From a virus, in IMG/VR virus record IMGVR_UViG_3300035670_000067, positions 46,385 through 110,384 of that record: DNA of 64,000 nucleotides, one strand, 5' to 3'. Shown one piece after another: positions 29,769-39,528 of the stretch. Below the pieces are notes generated by a model. That model had not been told where the DNA came from. It searched no databases and saw nothing but the letters and a program-made list of their open reading frames with translations. The position numbers were made by a program, and so were the translations under genes. The first letter of the stretch is position 1. The number at the start of each line of letters is the position of its first letter.

Positions 29769-30080
29769 TTACAATTTCCCGGAAATAAAAGCATCTCCAG
29801 AGATTCGGGAAGAACCAGAAACCAAAGCGGAACCACAGACCCGAGCGTTTCCACAGACCCGAGCGTTACAGAAGACACAAGCGTTTTCGTAGACCCAAGC
29901 GTCTCCGTAGACCCGAGCGTTTCCGGAAACCCAGCAGTTACCGTCCTGGCTAAGATTTCATTCCGATTCGATCCACCCACCAAACTCACCAGCTTCAACA
30001 TTGCCAAAACTCTTGAGCGCACGGATACGGCGAAGCTTCGGATTGTCCGGGTAAGTTTTGGCAGTGATTTCGTACTTCAT
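29769..30080 (-). pseudogene. hexapeptide-repeat protein, copy 5, with in-frame TGA at codon 41
   Basis: MKYEITAK...GGWIESE*NLSQDGNCWVSGNA...GKL*; TGA at 29958-29960. Confidence 0.8.
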
Positions 30081-30129
30081 TCTGGTTGCCTTTCTGTGAA
30101 AATATAGACTTTACCGTTTGCCTAACCAT

Positions 30130-30157
30130 ATTGTAACACTTTCCAGCTATCTTACAA
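30130..30157 (-). promoter_or_regulatory. promoter TTGTAA-N16-TACAAT
   Basis: 16-bp-spacer family. Confidence 0.7.
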
Positions 30158-30200
30158 ACAGTTGGATAAAGTGTTTATTGTCAGCGTTTAGATTATCTTG

Positions 30201-30273
30201 AGCCAATGGTCGGATTTGAACCGACGACCGGTTGATTACAAATCAACTGCTCTACCGACTGAGCTACACTGGC
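30201..30273 (-). tRNA. tRNA-Thr(UGU)
   Basis: Cloverleaf; gttga-tt-TGT-aa-tcaac; no encoded CCA. Confidence 0.92.
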
Positions 30274-30292
30274 TTTTCACAACTGCGAACGA

Positions 30293-30378
30293 TGGTGTCT
30301 GGAGAGGGACTCGAACCCTCACTTCCTTACGGAAAGCAGATTTTAAGTCTGCTGCGTATGCCATTTCGCCACCCAGAC
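30293..30378 (-). tRNA. tRNA-Leu(UAA)
   Basis: gcaga-ct-TAA-aa-tctgc; long variable arm; CCA. Confidence 0.93.
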
Positions 30379-30719
30379 TGGTGGACCTGTCGGGAGTTGA
30401 ACCCGAGTCCTATATAGCTTCTACAATGAAGTTGTTACATGCTTGTTCAATCGTTTATGGTACGATTAACAGAACCATGACTGTCTTTCCAGTCCGTCAT
30501 TCGTATCTCTTCCGACTGTCACCCGGAACCACCGGGATCGTCAGGCTGATTTACTGCTCAGCGAGCGAAGCAGGCTCCGTTAGGCCGCGAGGGCCACGGG
30601 AGCGGGGAAGGACAGAACGGGTTTGGCAGTTCTGTTTTGACCGGAGTTTTGCGAGGCCAACGGTCATCCTCGGCATGAATTCATTATCTCCACTATACAG
30701 TCGAAACCTTTTCAGGCCC
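30379..30719 (-). ncRNA. ssrA: tmRNA
   Basis: 5' GGGCCTGA...TTCGAC; 3' GAC.CGGGTTCAACTCCCGACAGGTCCACCA; tag ORF 30627-30580 reads AKPVLSFPAPVALAA*. Confidence 0.93.
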
Positions 30720-30728
30720 ATTGATTGA

Positions 30729-30911
30729 TCACTTACTGATTGTAATCGCTCTCGCGATACAATACGGAATAACGGCCATACCGACCGCTTGCGCTGAAGC
30801 GCCGGCTTGCTGAACAGCGTTGGCTTCACCAGAAATGCTCAGCAAACTGAGCAATCCAATCACCGCAAACACACCGGCGATAGTCCAAACGATTCGGCCA
30901 AACGTCTTCAT
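30729..30911 (-). CDS. small membrane protein
   Basis: Two hydrophobic segments; AAGGAG RBS. Confidence 0.6.
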   Translation of the reverse strand: MKTFGRIVWTIAGVFAVIGLLSLLSISGEANAVQQAGASAQAVGMAVIPYCIARAITISK

Positions 30912-30941
30912 ACTGACTCTCCTTTGTTTGTGGAATAGAAC

Positions 30942-31397
30942 TTAGTTGTTACCGGGACAGAGTGCTTTGTCGTGAGCGGCAGGACAGAAGACCTTGTTAT
31001 TCTTTCTGTCAAAATGAAGGCGACCGCCGCAATGTTCGCAGACAAACCCATTGGCATATCGCTTCGCATAGGAAGGAGCAACACGCGCAATCCTGTCCGC
31101 ACACTGCATCGGCGTCAATCGAATAATGTGACGATTGACGTAAGTGGTTCCGGGAACCTTAACGCGCCGATACGTATTGAGCTGATCGCCAAGCGACCAT
31201 CGCCTATTAACCTTGGACAGATACCGCCGAACCACACCATGCGGATAAATCACGTAGAACTCGGGCCTGCCCGGGAGCTTGACCGCGACACTGCCGAACT
31301 TCTTGTGACCCTTTCCAGTCACATCCTGGAACCCTTGATTCACCAGGAAGCTCTTGGCCGTTTCCATCTCTTCTGCCGTGTACTGGGGGATTTCCAT
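30942..31397 (-). CDS. early hypothetical protein with C-terminal zinc ribbon
   Basis: Own promoter; CEHC...CP motif. Confidence 0.65.
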   Translation of the reverse strand: MEIPQYTAEEMETAKSFLVNQGFQDVTGKGHKKFGSVAVKLPGRPEFYVIYPHGVVRRYLSKVNRRWSLGDQLNTYRRVKVPGTTYVNRHIIRLTPMQCADRIARVAPSYAKRYANGFVCEHCGGRLHFDRKNNKVFCPAAHDKALCPGNN

Positions 31398-31435
31398 AGG
31401 ACACCTTTGGTTATGGTTTTGTGTGGCACAGTACC

Positions 31436-31463
31436 ATTATACCACTTCAAAGTTATCTTACAA
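31436..31463 (-). promoter_or_regulatory. promoter TTGTAA-N16-TATAAT
   Basis: Extended TGn -10. Confidence 0.8.
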
Positions 31464-31492
31464 ATGGGCTGATTTTATTTGTTTGTGTCTAG

Positions 31493-31566
31493 TAGGCCCG
31501 ACTGGACTTGAACCAGTGACCCGCGGCTTATAAGACCGCTGCTCTAACCAACTGAGCTACGAGCCT
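31493..31566 (-). tRNA. tRNA-Ile(UAU)
   Basis: gcggt-ct-TAT-aa-gccgc; A73; no encoded CCA. Confidence 0.9.
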
Positions 31567-31573
31567 AGAGAAA

Positions 31574-31759
31574 TCAAGCCTTATCGAAAATGGTGTCCTG
31601 GCATTTCTGACAAATGCCAGAAATCTTATATTCGCGCTTAGACCGTTCGTCACGGAAAGACTTTTCAGTAACATCACAGCCACAGAAAACACACTTATCC
31701 ACAGCGATAAACTTGTTAGCGAAGATCCGAATCGGATTTGTTACTTCGGTCGTTTTCAC
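31574..31759 (-). CDS. small zinc-finger protein
   Basis: GTG start with AAGGAG; CVFC...ISGICQKCQD. Confidence 0.65.
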   Translation of the reverse strand: MKTTEVTNPIRIFANKFIAVDKCVFCGCDVTEKSFRDERSKREYKISGICQKCQDTIFDKA

Positions 31760-31781
31760 ACTAGCTCCTTTCGTTGAGTTT

Positions 31782-31858
31782 TGGTATCCCCAACGGGGTT
31801 CGAACCCGTAGCCTTCAGGATGAAAACCTGATGTGGTAGCCACTTCCACCATGGGGAC
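31782..31858 (-). tRNA. tRNA-Glu(UUC)
   Basis: tcagg-tt-TTC-at-cctga; CCA. Confidence 0.88.
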
Positions 31859-31861
31859 ATT

Positions 31862-31938
31862 TGGTGCTCCGGCCGGGATTTGAACCCGGGACTCCGACAT
31901 TAAAAGTGTCGTACTCTAGCCAACTGAGTTACCGGAGC
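31862..31938 (-). tRNA. tRNA-Lys(UUU)
   Basis: cgaca-ct-TTT-aa-tgtcg; CCA. Confidence 0.92.
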
Positions 31939-31945
31939 TCCTTTC

Positions 31946-32248
31946 TTAGGTGTGGACTTGCCAAGTAACCATGTGAGGCATTTCCTTAGCCATCTCATGA
32001 TTATGGCAAATCACGCCACCGTTGAATAGAAAATGGTCTTTCCCGCGAATTGCGTTGAAGGTGAACGAATATGGTGCAAAGTCCTTGAACAAAACGATGT
32101 CAATGTTGCGACGTTCGAGCCAAGAGTTCCCGTACATGTCAAGGTACTGCAGAGTACCAAGGAACTTCTTGTAGATTTGGTCGTTCTTTTTGGCCCAATC
32201 CATGATGGATTCGAAGTATTCCTTGAGGTCTTCGCAGACGATTAGCAT
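31946..32248 (-). CDS. hypothetical protein
   Basis: LFKDFAPYSF...FNGG...W.VHT conserved-looking motif. Confidence 0.65.
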   Translation of the reverse strand: MLIVCEDLKEYFESIMDWAKKNDQIYKKFLGTLQYLDMYGNSWLERRNIDIVLFKDFAPYSFTFNAIRGKDHFLFNGGVICHNHEMAKEMPHMVTWQVHT

Positions 32249-32397
32249 GACTTCACCCCAGCCTTTTCGAGCTCGCGGTGCATCTTAGAAAGAGCAAACT
32301 TGTATCCCTTGATGATACACCAGATGCACTTGCCCTTGGCGACTTCGATTTCCCGCCTTTCGAGCTTGACCCCGCACTTTTGGCACGTTGCTTCCAT
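32242..32397 (-). CDS. small Cys-containing early protein
   Basis: AAGGAG RBS and promoter. Confidence 0.55.
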   Translation of the reverse strand: MEATCQKCGVKLERREIEVAKGKCIWCIIKGYKFALSKMHRELEKAGVKSC

Positions 32398-32446
32398 AGA
32401 ATGAACTCCTTTTTGTTTGTTGCCATGGTTTACTGGCAACGGTACT

Positions 32447-32474
32447 ATTATACCACATCTGGCGGCGGAAGCAA
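32447..32474 (-). promoter_or_regulatory. promoter TTGCTT-N16-TATAAT
   Basis: Extended TGn -10. Confidence 0.8.
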
Positions 32475-32497
32475 GCAGCAAGAAAAACTTTAGTTTT

Positions 32498-32767
32498 TCA
32501 TTCTTCTTTGAGTCTTGAAAAACTCAACTGATCTTCATCAATGTGACATTTGTATGTATTCGTTTCATTTTGTGGACCGCCGACTTTGATGATGAAATTG
32601 CACTGGTCAATCAAGTTCCAAGTGATCACATATAATCCAAGATTATGCTCTCGAATGAATTTATCCAGTGTTGTCATAATCTCAGAACAGACTTGTGGTG
32701 CGTCTTTGTCGGTTGAAATTGCTTCTTTTTGCAGGCTAATGAGCCGAGCCAATCTGCTGATATTCAT
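32498..32767 (-). CDS. hypothetical protein
   Basis: ORF starting MNISRL. Confidence 0.5.
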   Translation of the reverse strand: MNISRLARLISLQKEAISTDKDAPQVCSEIMTTLDKFIREHNLGLYVITWNLIDQCNFIIKVGGPQNETNTYKCHIDEDQLSFSRLKEE

Positions 32768-33173
32768 GTCGCACTTTCTCCCAGTATGGCTTTGTCGACC
32801 TCTTCTTATATCCATCTGGTCCACCATTCCACATCCTAGCGAACACTTCATTAGTGGGAGCTGAACCAGTTCTGCGCTGATATACGCGACCGTAATGAAG
32901 CAAGTATGTATGACAGACCATTTTAGCTTTCACTGGATCAAACATGTCTTGGTGTGAAAAATTCAATCCAGTAATTCTATTGAAGTCTGTTACCACCTCA
33001 ATATGAATCTGCAATAAGCCGATAGCCTTGCCGTTATCGCCTATCGCTTGGCTGTTGTTCCGAGATTCCACTCGACTCATCGCTCTCACCAATCTTGCCG
33101 ATGGCTTTGTTACGATTTCTCCAGATACTAATACAAGCGGCGACAGCGCGATCACGCTTATCACCTTCAGCAA
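32736..33173 (-). CDS. lysozyme-like/lytic transglycosylase with possible signal peptide
   Basis: VES..N..AIGD.G.AIGLLQI and ARMWNGGP motifs; start uncertain. Confidence 0.75.
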   Translation of the reverse strand: MLKVISVIALSPLVLVSGEIVTKPSARLVRAMSRVESRNNSQAIGDNGKAIGLLQIHIEVVTDFNRITGLNFSHQDMFDPVKAKMVCHTYLLHYGRVYQRRTGSAPTNEVFARMWNGGPDGYKKRSTKPYWEKVRHEYQQIGSAH

Positions 33174-33237
33174 TGCGGGTTGAAACACAAGCCCGCATGA
33201 AATCTTCCATGTTGTCATAGTCGTTTGGATTAGGCAT
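33034..33237 (-). CDS. small phage protein (MPxP...F..RC...EG...AVA.C...W type)
   Basis: MPNPNDYDNMEDFMRACVSTRIAEGDKRDRAVAACISIW. Confidence 0.55.
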   Translation of the reverse strand: MPNPNDYDNMEDFMRACVSTRIAEGDKRDRAVAACISIWRNRNKAIGKIGESDESSGISEQQPSDRR

Positions 33238-33244
33238 ATTTTTC

Positions 33245-33469
33245 TCAAGTATCGCAAGGGCCGCATTCGTGAGGGAACTTGCCGCCCAGCAAGTGGATCT
33301 TATGCCAGATTTGCATTCCAAGCTTCCAAGCAATGATGGCATCTTCCATTGACATACCTTCTGAATTGATGTCGTCATCAAGCCTATCGTGAAATTCTTC
33401 CCAAGCTTGATCGCCATTGATTTGTGGTTCTCGGCCAGTAACTCCCGGTGGGAAATTGTTCCCGCTCAT
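33245..33469 (-). CDS. hypothetical protein
   Basis: 74-aa ORF with N-terminal NFPPGV. Confidence 0.55.
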   Translation of the reverse strand: MSGNNFPPGVTGREPQINGDQAWEEFHDRLDDDINSEGMSMEDAIIAWKLGMQIWHKIHLLGGKFPHECGPCDT

Positions 33470-33590
33470 GGCTAGCTCTTTCGCATGGAACCCGGCTTGT
33501 GATACATGTTAGGATAACGAGCATTTCGCTGCATCTTCTCCTCGAAATCCCTCTGCCGATTCTCAAGCCGCTTCTGACGCATCTTGTACT

Positions 33591-33758
33591 TCACTTAGAA
33601 TTTCCCCTCTTGTTACGACCGCGTCGCGCCACTCCGCTCGGCGTAGCACACGTACACGGATTGAAACGAACGCATCCACAATTCTCGCAATTGTATTTGC
33701 GAACGGTGCCATCAGCAGACCTGCGGATGAGAGACTTGAGACCCTTCGAGTTTTCCAT
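33591..33758 (-). CDS. small basic Cys-rich early protein
   Basis: AAGGA RBS and promoter; CENCGC...CTC. Confidence 0.5.
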   Translation of the reverse strand: MENSKGLKSLIRRSADGTVRKYNCENCGCVRFNPCTCATPSGVARRGRNKRGNSK

Positions 33759-33799
33759 TTTCTTTCCTTGTGCTGAGGTTATGGTTTGGTAACACGCCT

Positions 33800-33827
33800 A
33801 TTATAGCCTGTCTTGCTTTTCACGCAA
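33800..33827 (-). promoter_or_regulatory. promoter TTGCGT-N16-TATAAT
   Basis: Consensus -10. Confidence 0.8.
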
Positions 33828-33874
33828 GCGGTCTATACACTTTTGGAATTCTTTGTTTGTTGCTGTAGTTAATA

Positions 33875-34204
33875 TCAACCCTGTACACAAGCTTTTTCTT
33901 CAACTCGTACCTCCGCATATTCTTTGTTTAGGATAGCCTTTCCCATCCTCCAGCGTCCCTTATCACCCATGCTAGGCCAAGAGATCACGAACAAATATTC
34001 GCTAGGTATGACCTGCATAATCGGCATCTTAGTGAGCGGTTCTTCTTCAACACGCGCTACGAAGGTGGTGGTCCTTGGATAATGCAAATCCCTAAAGGAT
34101 GTCTCCGCAGATTTGACTACATATAGACTTCGCATTTCGCTTCCATTATGATAAACGAAGTGCATCAATCCTTCTTTGACAACCAGATTTCCGTGATATT
34201 GCAT
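33875..34204 (-). CDS. hypothetical protein
   Basis: Last gene of an early operon. Confidence 0.55.
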   Translation of the reverse strand: MQYHGNLVVKEGLMHFVYHNGSEMRSLYVVKSAETSFRDLHYPRTTTFVARVEEEPLTKMPIMQVIPSEYLFVISWPSMGDKGRWRMGKAILNKEYAEVRVEEKACVQG

Positions 34205-34207
34205 TGG

Positions 34208-34552
34208 TCACTCCCAAGGGAACGGGCGCTTGATGTTCATAGTTTCTAGCGTACTATCCCATTTATCTGGAACATTTGCTTCCAGAAAATATGCATATTG
34301 AGATTCCTTTTCACTTTCCGGATTGTATCTTACCGCAACTTCACAATAACTTCCGAAATCGTGCGGATATGTAACAATCTTGAGATAAGCGTCACCGGGT
34401 GGTTCGCCAAAAAGTTTCAGCAGAAAAAGCTTGAATCGCCTGCATTCTTCTCGCATTTCTTCGATATACGGCACATCGCTTATTACTTGCACACACGGTT
34501 CGTCATGCGGACTGCAACCGATTTCCAATGTTTCAAGCATACTCAACATCAC
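34208..34552 (-). CDS. hypothetical phage protein
   Basis: P.DEPCVQV...PHDFGSY.EV motif. Confidence 0.65.
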   Translation of the reverse strand: MMLSMLETLEIGCSPHDEPCVQVISDVPYIEEMREECRRFKLFLLKLFGEPPGDAYLKIVTYPHDFGSYCEVAVRYNPESEKESQYAYFLEANVPDKWDSTLETMNIKRPFPWE

Positions 34553-35186
34553 AGTCTTCCTTTGTTGGAGGATTACGGAATATTCTACCTAGGAAATATG
34601 GCTCACTCTCGCGTTTATAAGAAGTACAGACGATCTCCCACTGCTTTATAGAAAATGGCGATTCGTATTTTCTGTTGTCAGGCTCGAACAGCCATCTATT
34701 CAGTTGTTCTGCTAAGCTCTTCCTGAGATTACTACGGAAGGTCTTTACTTTCAGCAACTGAATGCATTTGAAAAGTTGCCAGTTATCAACTTTCAATTCT
34801 CGTAATGGCTGAACATATTTTTCGCCTAGTTCGTTCTGCACGTATTCAGTGAATGCTTTGTGTCCGTGCATCCACTTAGACAATTGTTGTCCGCGCAAAT
34901 AAGCTTGATAGAACTTTTTGATGGTTTCCGATGCGTCTACGCTCGCGTGATTCATGTAAGTCCACGCTCGCGTAGTGGCGTATTCTATATCGAAGAATCC
35001 GCAATTCTCTTGGTCCCACACAACGGCGAAGAAATCACTATCATCGTAACCGTTGTGCTCATAAGTTCTGACAACACAACCTTCATATGCTGTTCGTTTA
35101 TACATGATCCGTTCTTGTGCTGTGCCCTTGTCAACTACGACAGGTTCAGCACCAGGACTTTCAGAACAATTGTAGACTGTTACCAT
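34533..35186 (-). CDS. hypothetical phage protein
   Basis: EHNGYDDSDFFAVVWD motif; own promoter. Confidence 0.7.
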   Translation of the reverse strand: MVTVYNCSESPGAEPVVVDKGTAQERIMYKRTAYEGCVVRTYEHNGYDDSDFFAVVWDQENCGFFDIEYATTRAWTYMNHASVDASETIKKFYQAYLRGQQLSKWMHGHKAFTEYVQNELGEKYVQPLRELKVDNWQLFKCIQLLKVKTFRSNLRKSLAEQLNRWLFEPDNRKYESPFSIKQWEIVCTSYKRESEPYFLGRIFRNPPTKEDCDVEYA

Positions 35187-35212
35187 AGGATGCCCCTTTT
35201 GTTGGCAACGTT

Positions 35213-35240
35213 ATTATAGCTCTTCGCTGCTATCCTGCAA
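35213..35240 (-). promoter_or_regulatory. promoter TTGCAG-N16-TATAAT
   Basis: Consensus -10. Confidence 0.8.
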
Positions 35241-35371
35241 ACGCCAAGACAAATTAGTTACAGGCTAGTATCGTTATCACAAACGTGATAGAGATAAAGC
35301 CAAACATCAATGCTACTACTCCATATATAGCGATTCTTTCATCATATTGAACAATTTGTCGATCAAGTTCC

Positions 35372-35680
35372 TTAATATCTGATTCTGAGTATATTTTCAT
35401 GCATGATATAGTTTTGACCATTCACGCAGAAAACAGGCTCATCAGTATTCCACTCTCTCACTACTACTGGTACATGACAGAATTCCCAAATGAAATGTTT
35501 GATGAGTCTTCGTGTTACTTGATTGATATGTTCCGGATTACGTCTTATCGTAATCTGTTTCTTATCAACTTCAAGCACAAGGAACTTGTAGAAGTACACC
35601 TTAGTCTGTTCGCCATAAACGACTGAAATATGCCGTTTATGCCGTACAGAATTAATCCTAATCTGTTCAGGAGAAAGCAT
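35372..35680 (-). CDS. hypothetical protein
   Basis: 102-aa ORF. Confidence 0.5.
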   Translation of the reverse strand: MLSPEQIRINSVRHKRHISVVYGEQTKVYFYKFLVLEVDKKQITIRRNPEHINQVTRRLIKHFIWEFCHVPVVVREWNTDEPVFCVNGQNYIMHENILRIRY

Positions 35681-35836
35681 ATTGTCACCAACACCTTTTG
35701 GCCATGGCGCACCATAGCCAGATTATGGCGTAAGACCCATTATAGACCGGCTCAGACAGGCTTTAGCTTGCGCAGGCTAACACTACCCATACCACAAGCA
35801 AAATGCGTCTAGAGCGGTCTATAAACGTTTCAACAG

Positions 35837-36058
35837 TTAGGACTTTTCACCTTTCTTAACCAGAATAGGCTTCGTACATTTGAAAACAGGCGCAAGAAGC
35901 TTTGCCGCTCTCTTGAAGTCCGCTACTGTTGGTGAATATGCGTGGTCCGTTAATTTCCTGTCTGGTGGCAGATAAGCCAACAGCGGGTTCATTTCTATCC
36001 AATGGCCGAAGTCAGCAAATGGCTGCAACGCCTCCATGACTTCTTTAGGATAATTCAT
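35837..36058 (-). CDS. hypothetical protein
   Basis: Coupled ORF. Confidence 0.55.
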   Translation of the reverse strand: MNYPKEVMEALQPFADFGHWIEMNPLLAYLPPDRKLTDHAYSPTVADFKRAAKLLAPVFKCTKPILVKKGEKS

Positions 36059-36738
36059 GGCGACACCGGGCTTCTGTCTTCACTGGCTTCGGGAGCGGGT
36101 GCCGAAAGATCAACGTCAAAGACGTATCCCTTTTGAGCCTTGTACTGATTAAGCACTTCTGACATGGCTTGATACACGTTAGAATTCGCATATGCAAGTA
36201 AGTCCAGTTTCCATTTTACAGTTTCCATAAGCCACTGATGAAAGTCAACCAGTGCGAAGATTTCACCATTGACATCAACGCGCCCATCCGTGATGGTGTA
36301 AGTGTTGTTATCAACGAGGACATTGCCAGTTTCAGAATTCAGCAGACAAACCAAATCTACATATGTTTGGAATATGTAGAGCTCTTTGGCAGGGAACGAA
36401 TAGCCGCGCAATTCTGAAGCCGAGACACCGGATGCACCAGAGAAATCGCAACGAAGCTTGTACGTCTCGGAAACGAGATTTTTTACATCGTTTCCAAACA
36501 ACGTAACGATCTGCTCACGTATTGATTTCTTCCATGGCGCATACACTGGAATGTAACTGAGAATGCCAGCTTCCAATTCCAACTTACTTGGAATCGCGTC
36601 TAGCGTGACAGCACCAGTCATCATCCCAGAACGTGCAAACAGATTAACACGATTGTCAGTTTTCACTGTTTTCAGGAATTCAAACAATCGCATCATCCTG
36701 TGTAGGTAGTGATAGCTTGTATGTCGTCTTGTTTTCAC
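36055..36738 (-). CDS. hypothetical protein
   Basis: 227-aa coupled ORF. Confidence 0.65.
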   Translation of the reverse strand: MKTRRHTSYHYLHRMMRLFEFLKTVKTDNRVNLFARSGMMTGAVTLDAIPSKLELEAGILSYIPVYAPWKKSIREQIVTLFGNDVKNLVSETYKLRCDFSGASGVSASELRGYSFPAKELYIFQTYVDLVCLLNSETGNVLVDNNTYTITDGRVDVNGEIFALVDFHQWLMETVKWKLDLLAYANSNVYQAMSEVLNQYKAQKGYVFDVDLSAPAPEASEDRSPVSP

Positions 36739-37022
36739 TTCTTAGCTTCCTTGTGCATGACACGCACCTTCTTGGCGAAGAATAGAACAGTATCTGTTCC
36801 AACATAGACTTCTAGTAACTTCAATGCTTCCATGACGTTACCAGAATTTATGCTATCGCACATCTGTTCGTACGTGTCTTCTTGGATTGGAGGATAAGCA
36901 TCGCATAACACCCTGAGTTCAGTTTTAATCCAGAACCCAAGTGTATGCTCTTTGAACGGCAACTTCACTGCTACCGAAGTAAGCTCAGCAATATGCCGTC
37001 TTCGCATGAATTGAGTAAGCAT
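36735..37022 (-). CDS. hypothetical protein
   Basis: 95-aa coupled ORF. Confidence 0.55.
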   Translation of the reverse strand: MLTQFMRRRHIAELTSVAVKLPFKEHTLGFWIKTELRVLCDAYPPIQEDTYEQMCDSINSGNVMEALKLLEVYVGTDTVLFFAKKVRVMHKEAKK

Positions 37023-37037
37023 GTTGTATAAAATGAT

Positions 37038-37069
37038 AATGCGGGGCGGTCCTTAGACCGCCCCGCATT
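37038..37069 (-). terminator. terminator-like hairpin
   Basis: 14-bp stem aatgcggggcggtc/gaccgccccgcatt. Confidence 0.75.
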
Positions 37070-37080
37070 TCTTATTCTGC

Positions 37081-37938
<858 letters not shown>

Positions 37939-37992
37939 AGTGAGTTACCCTTTTATTGAACGTTATGTGAGGCGCTTGCCTTACATGGTGCT

Positions 37993-38020
37993 ATTATACC
38001 ACCGTCTTGTTTTCTTGCAA
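37993..38020 (-). promoter_or_regulatory. promoter TTGCAA-N16-TATAAT
   Basis: Extended TGn -10. Confidence 0.8.
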
Positions 38021-38057
38021 CCGGCCGGACAATGTTTTTGTTATCAATGCCTCCTTA

Positions 38058-38657
38058 TTATCCGATCAACCAACCCTGAGATTCAGTTGTTCCATACTCA
38101 CTGATATGGTGAGCGTGTTCAGTCACGAATCTATCAAAGGCGGGTTTCGGACTATCATATGGGGTTCTGCCGAATATATTCAGATTCAGTCCATAATCAT
38201 CAACTATCATAACTCCGCCTTCCTTCAGAATTTGGAATCCAATAGTCATATCAACATAGGCGTCCATACAATTGTGATTCCCATCAACGTATATCACATC
38301 GAATTCATCATTGTGCCCATAAGCATGAAGCAAATATGTCAACGAATCACAAACCAAGAGTTGGAATTTGTTGCCTAACGGTTCAAGATTTGCTTTCGCA
38401 GTCTCTTTGATGATGTCACGTTTAGCCATCAAATCCGAGCTTCCGAAAATATACGGGTCAACACCAATCCCACGAGCACTATCTGCTGTGAAAATATTGT
38501 TCATCATCCAAATAGCAGAACGACCCTCGAAAACGCCGATTTCTAGATATCGAACTTTCTCTTTACCGACAAATTGCTTGAGCAATTTGCTCCACAATTT
38601 TGTCTTTTTATGAACCCAATTGCGTGAAAAATGCGGTTCATGCTTTGGAGTTTCCAT
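38058..38657 (-). CDS. class I SAM methyltransferase (Methyltransf_24-like)
   Basis: LEIGVFEGRS, FDVIYVDGNH, LKEGGVMIVDDY. Confidence 0.85.
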   Translation of the reverse strand: METPKHEPHFSRNWVHKKTKLWSKLLKQFVGKEKVRYLEIGVFEGRSAIWMMNNIFTADSARGIGVDPYIFGSSDLMAKRDIIKETAKANLEPLGNKFQLLVCDSLTYLLHAYGHNDEFDVIYVDGNHNCMDAYVDMTIGFQILKEGGVMIVDDYGLNLNIFGRTPYDSPKPAFDRFVTEHAHHISEYGTTESQGWLIG

Positions 38658-39012
38658 TATAGTCCTTTCTCTTATACCTATATTCGGACACTACTGGTCC
38701 CAGCCATTTCAATAACTCACGGAATGACGGGAACTGTTTGAATTTATTGTTTCCGCGTCCTTTGTTCAGTACACCTTGTGTCGCACCAATTGATGTATCG
38801 TGTGGAGCAATACACCTTCTTATCGCGCCAGAAGAAGCGATAACATAATACACACGAGCCTTATATTCATTGCCCTTATATTTCCGTTTTGCAGTTACTC
38901 GATTATCCAATAGATGAATTGATTTACTTCTTATACTGGATAACTCGAGATTATACCTGAAACAGAAAGCAAAAAGTTCGCTACGCTCTAAGAGATTCTG
39001 CAAATTTATCAT
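38638..39012 (-). CDS. hypothetical protein
   Basis: Overlapping operon ORF. Confidence 0.5.
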   Translation of the reverse strand: MINLQNLLERSELFAFCFRYNLELSSIRSKSIHLLDNRVTAKRKYKGNEYKARVYYVIASSGAIRRCIAPHDTSIGATQGVLNKGRGNNKFKQFPSFRELLKWLGPVVSEYRYKRKDYNGNSKA

Positions 39013-39316
39013 GTCGTTCTTCCCATCCGATTTCGTTGTACCTTATTTCTTTTTCTGCATGAGCTTTGATTTCTTCGAACGTTCGATACTTTTCCATCCA
39101 AGCGTATTGTTTTATCGCTTCTGCGGCAGCGTTCTTTAGAGCATTAAGAGTTCCATCCTTACATATCATGTAGATGTGATGATAGTTGTCATCACCACGG
39201 CAATAGAATGTCGCATCCCAGCCCGGAGCTGAAAGCATTGCTTCGCGCAATTTTTGGAAATCTTCTTCGGTCCAGTTGAGAATCTGTTTACAGATGGTGA
39301 GCGGATGAGCGGCCAT
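38981..39316 (-). CDS. hypothetical protein
   Basis: AGGAGG RBS. Confidence 0.6.
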   Translation of the reverse strand: MAAHPLTICKQILNWTEEDFQKLREAMLSAPGWDATFYCRGDDNYHHIYMICKDGTLNALKNAAAEAIKQYAWMEKYRTFEEIKAHAEKEIRYNEIGWEERHDKFAESLRA

Positions 39317-39317
39317 A

Positions 39318-39527
39318 TTACCTCCTACTTATAAATGGAACTATTTTAGTTGGCGAATTCGCAAGATATCCAAATCCATTTATCAGAAACGCATGTTTAT
39401 CGGCAGTGATCATTTGCCCGCTTCCCCATAAATTGAAATCTAATGCCGGAATGATGTACTTCTGTGCCTTAGCAGTCTCAATCCTTTCCATTGGAAAACA
39501 CGATGTATGAGTAATGTATTTTTCCAT
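39318..39527 (-). CDS. hypothetical protein
   Basis: Operon ORF. Confidence 0.5.
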   Translation of the reverse strand: MEKYITHTSCFPMERIETAKAQKYIIPALDFNLWGSGQMITADKHAFLINGFGYLANSPTKIVPFISRR

Positions 39528-39528
39528 T

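Noticed and set aside
29958-29960. Genome-wide TGA recoding or selenocysteine
   Set aside because: TGA terminates many genes (e.g. terL); the tRNA with anticodon UGA is ordinary Ser reading UCA, not a suppressor
30198-30829. ORFs overlapping the tRNA/tmRNA cluster
   Set aside because: Shadows of structural RNA genes
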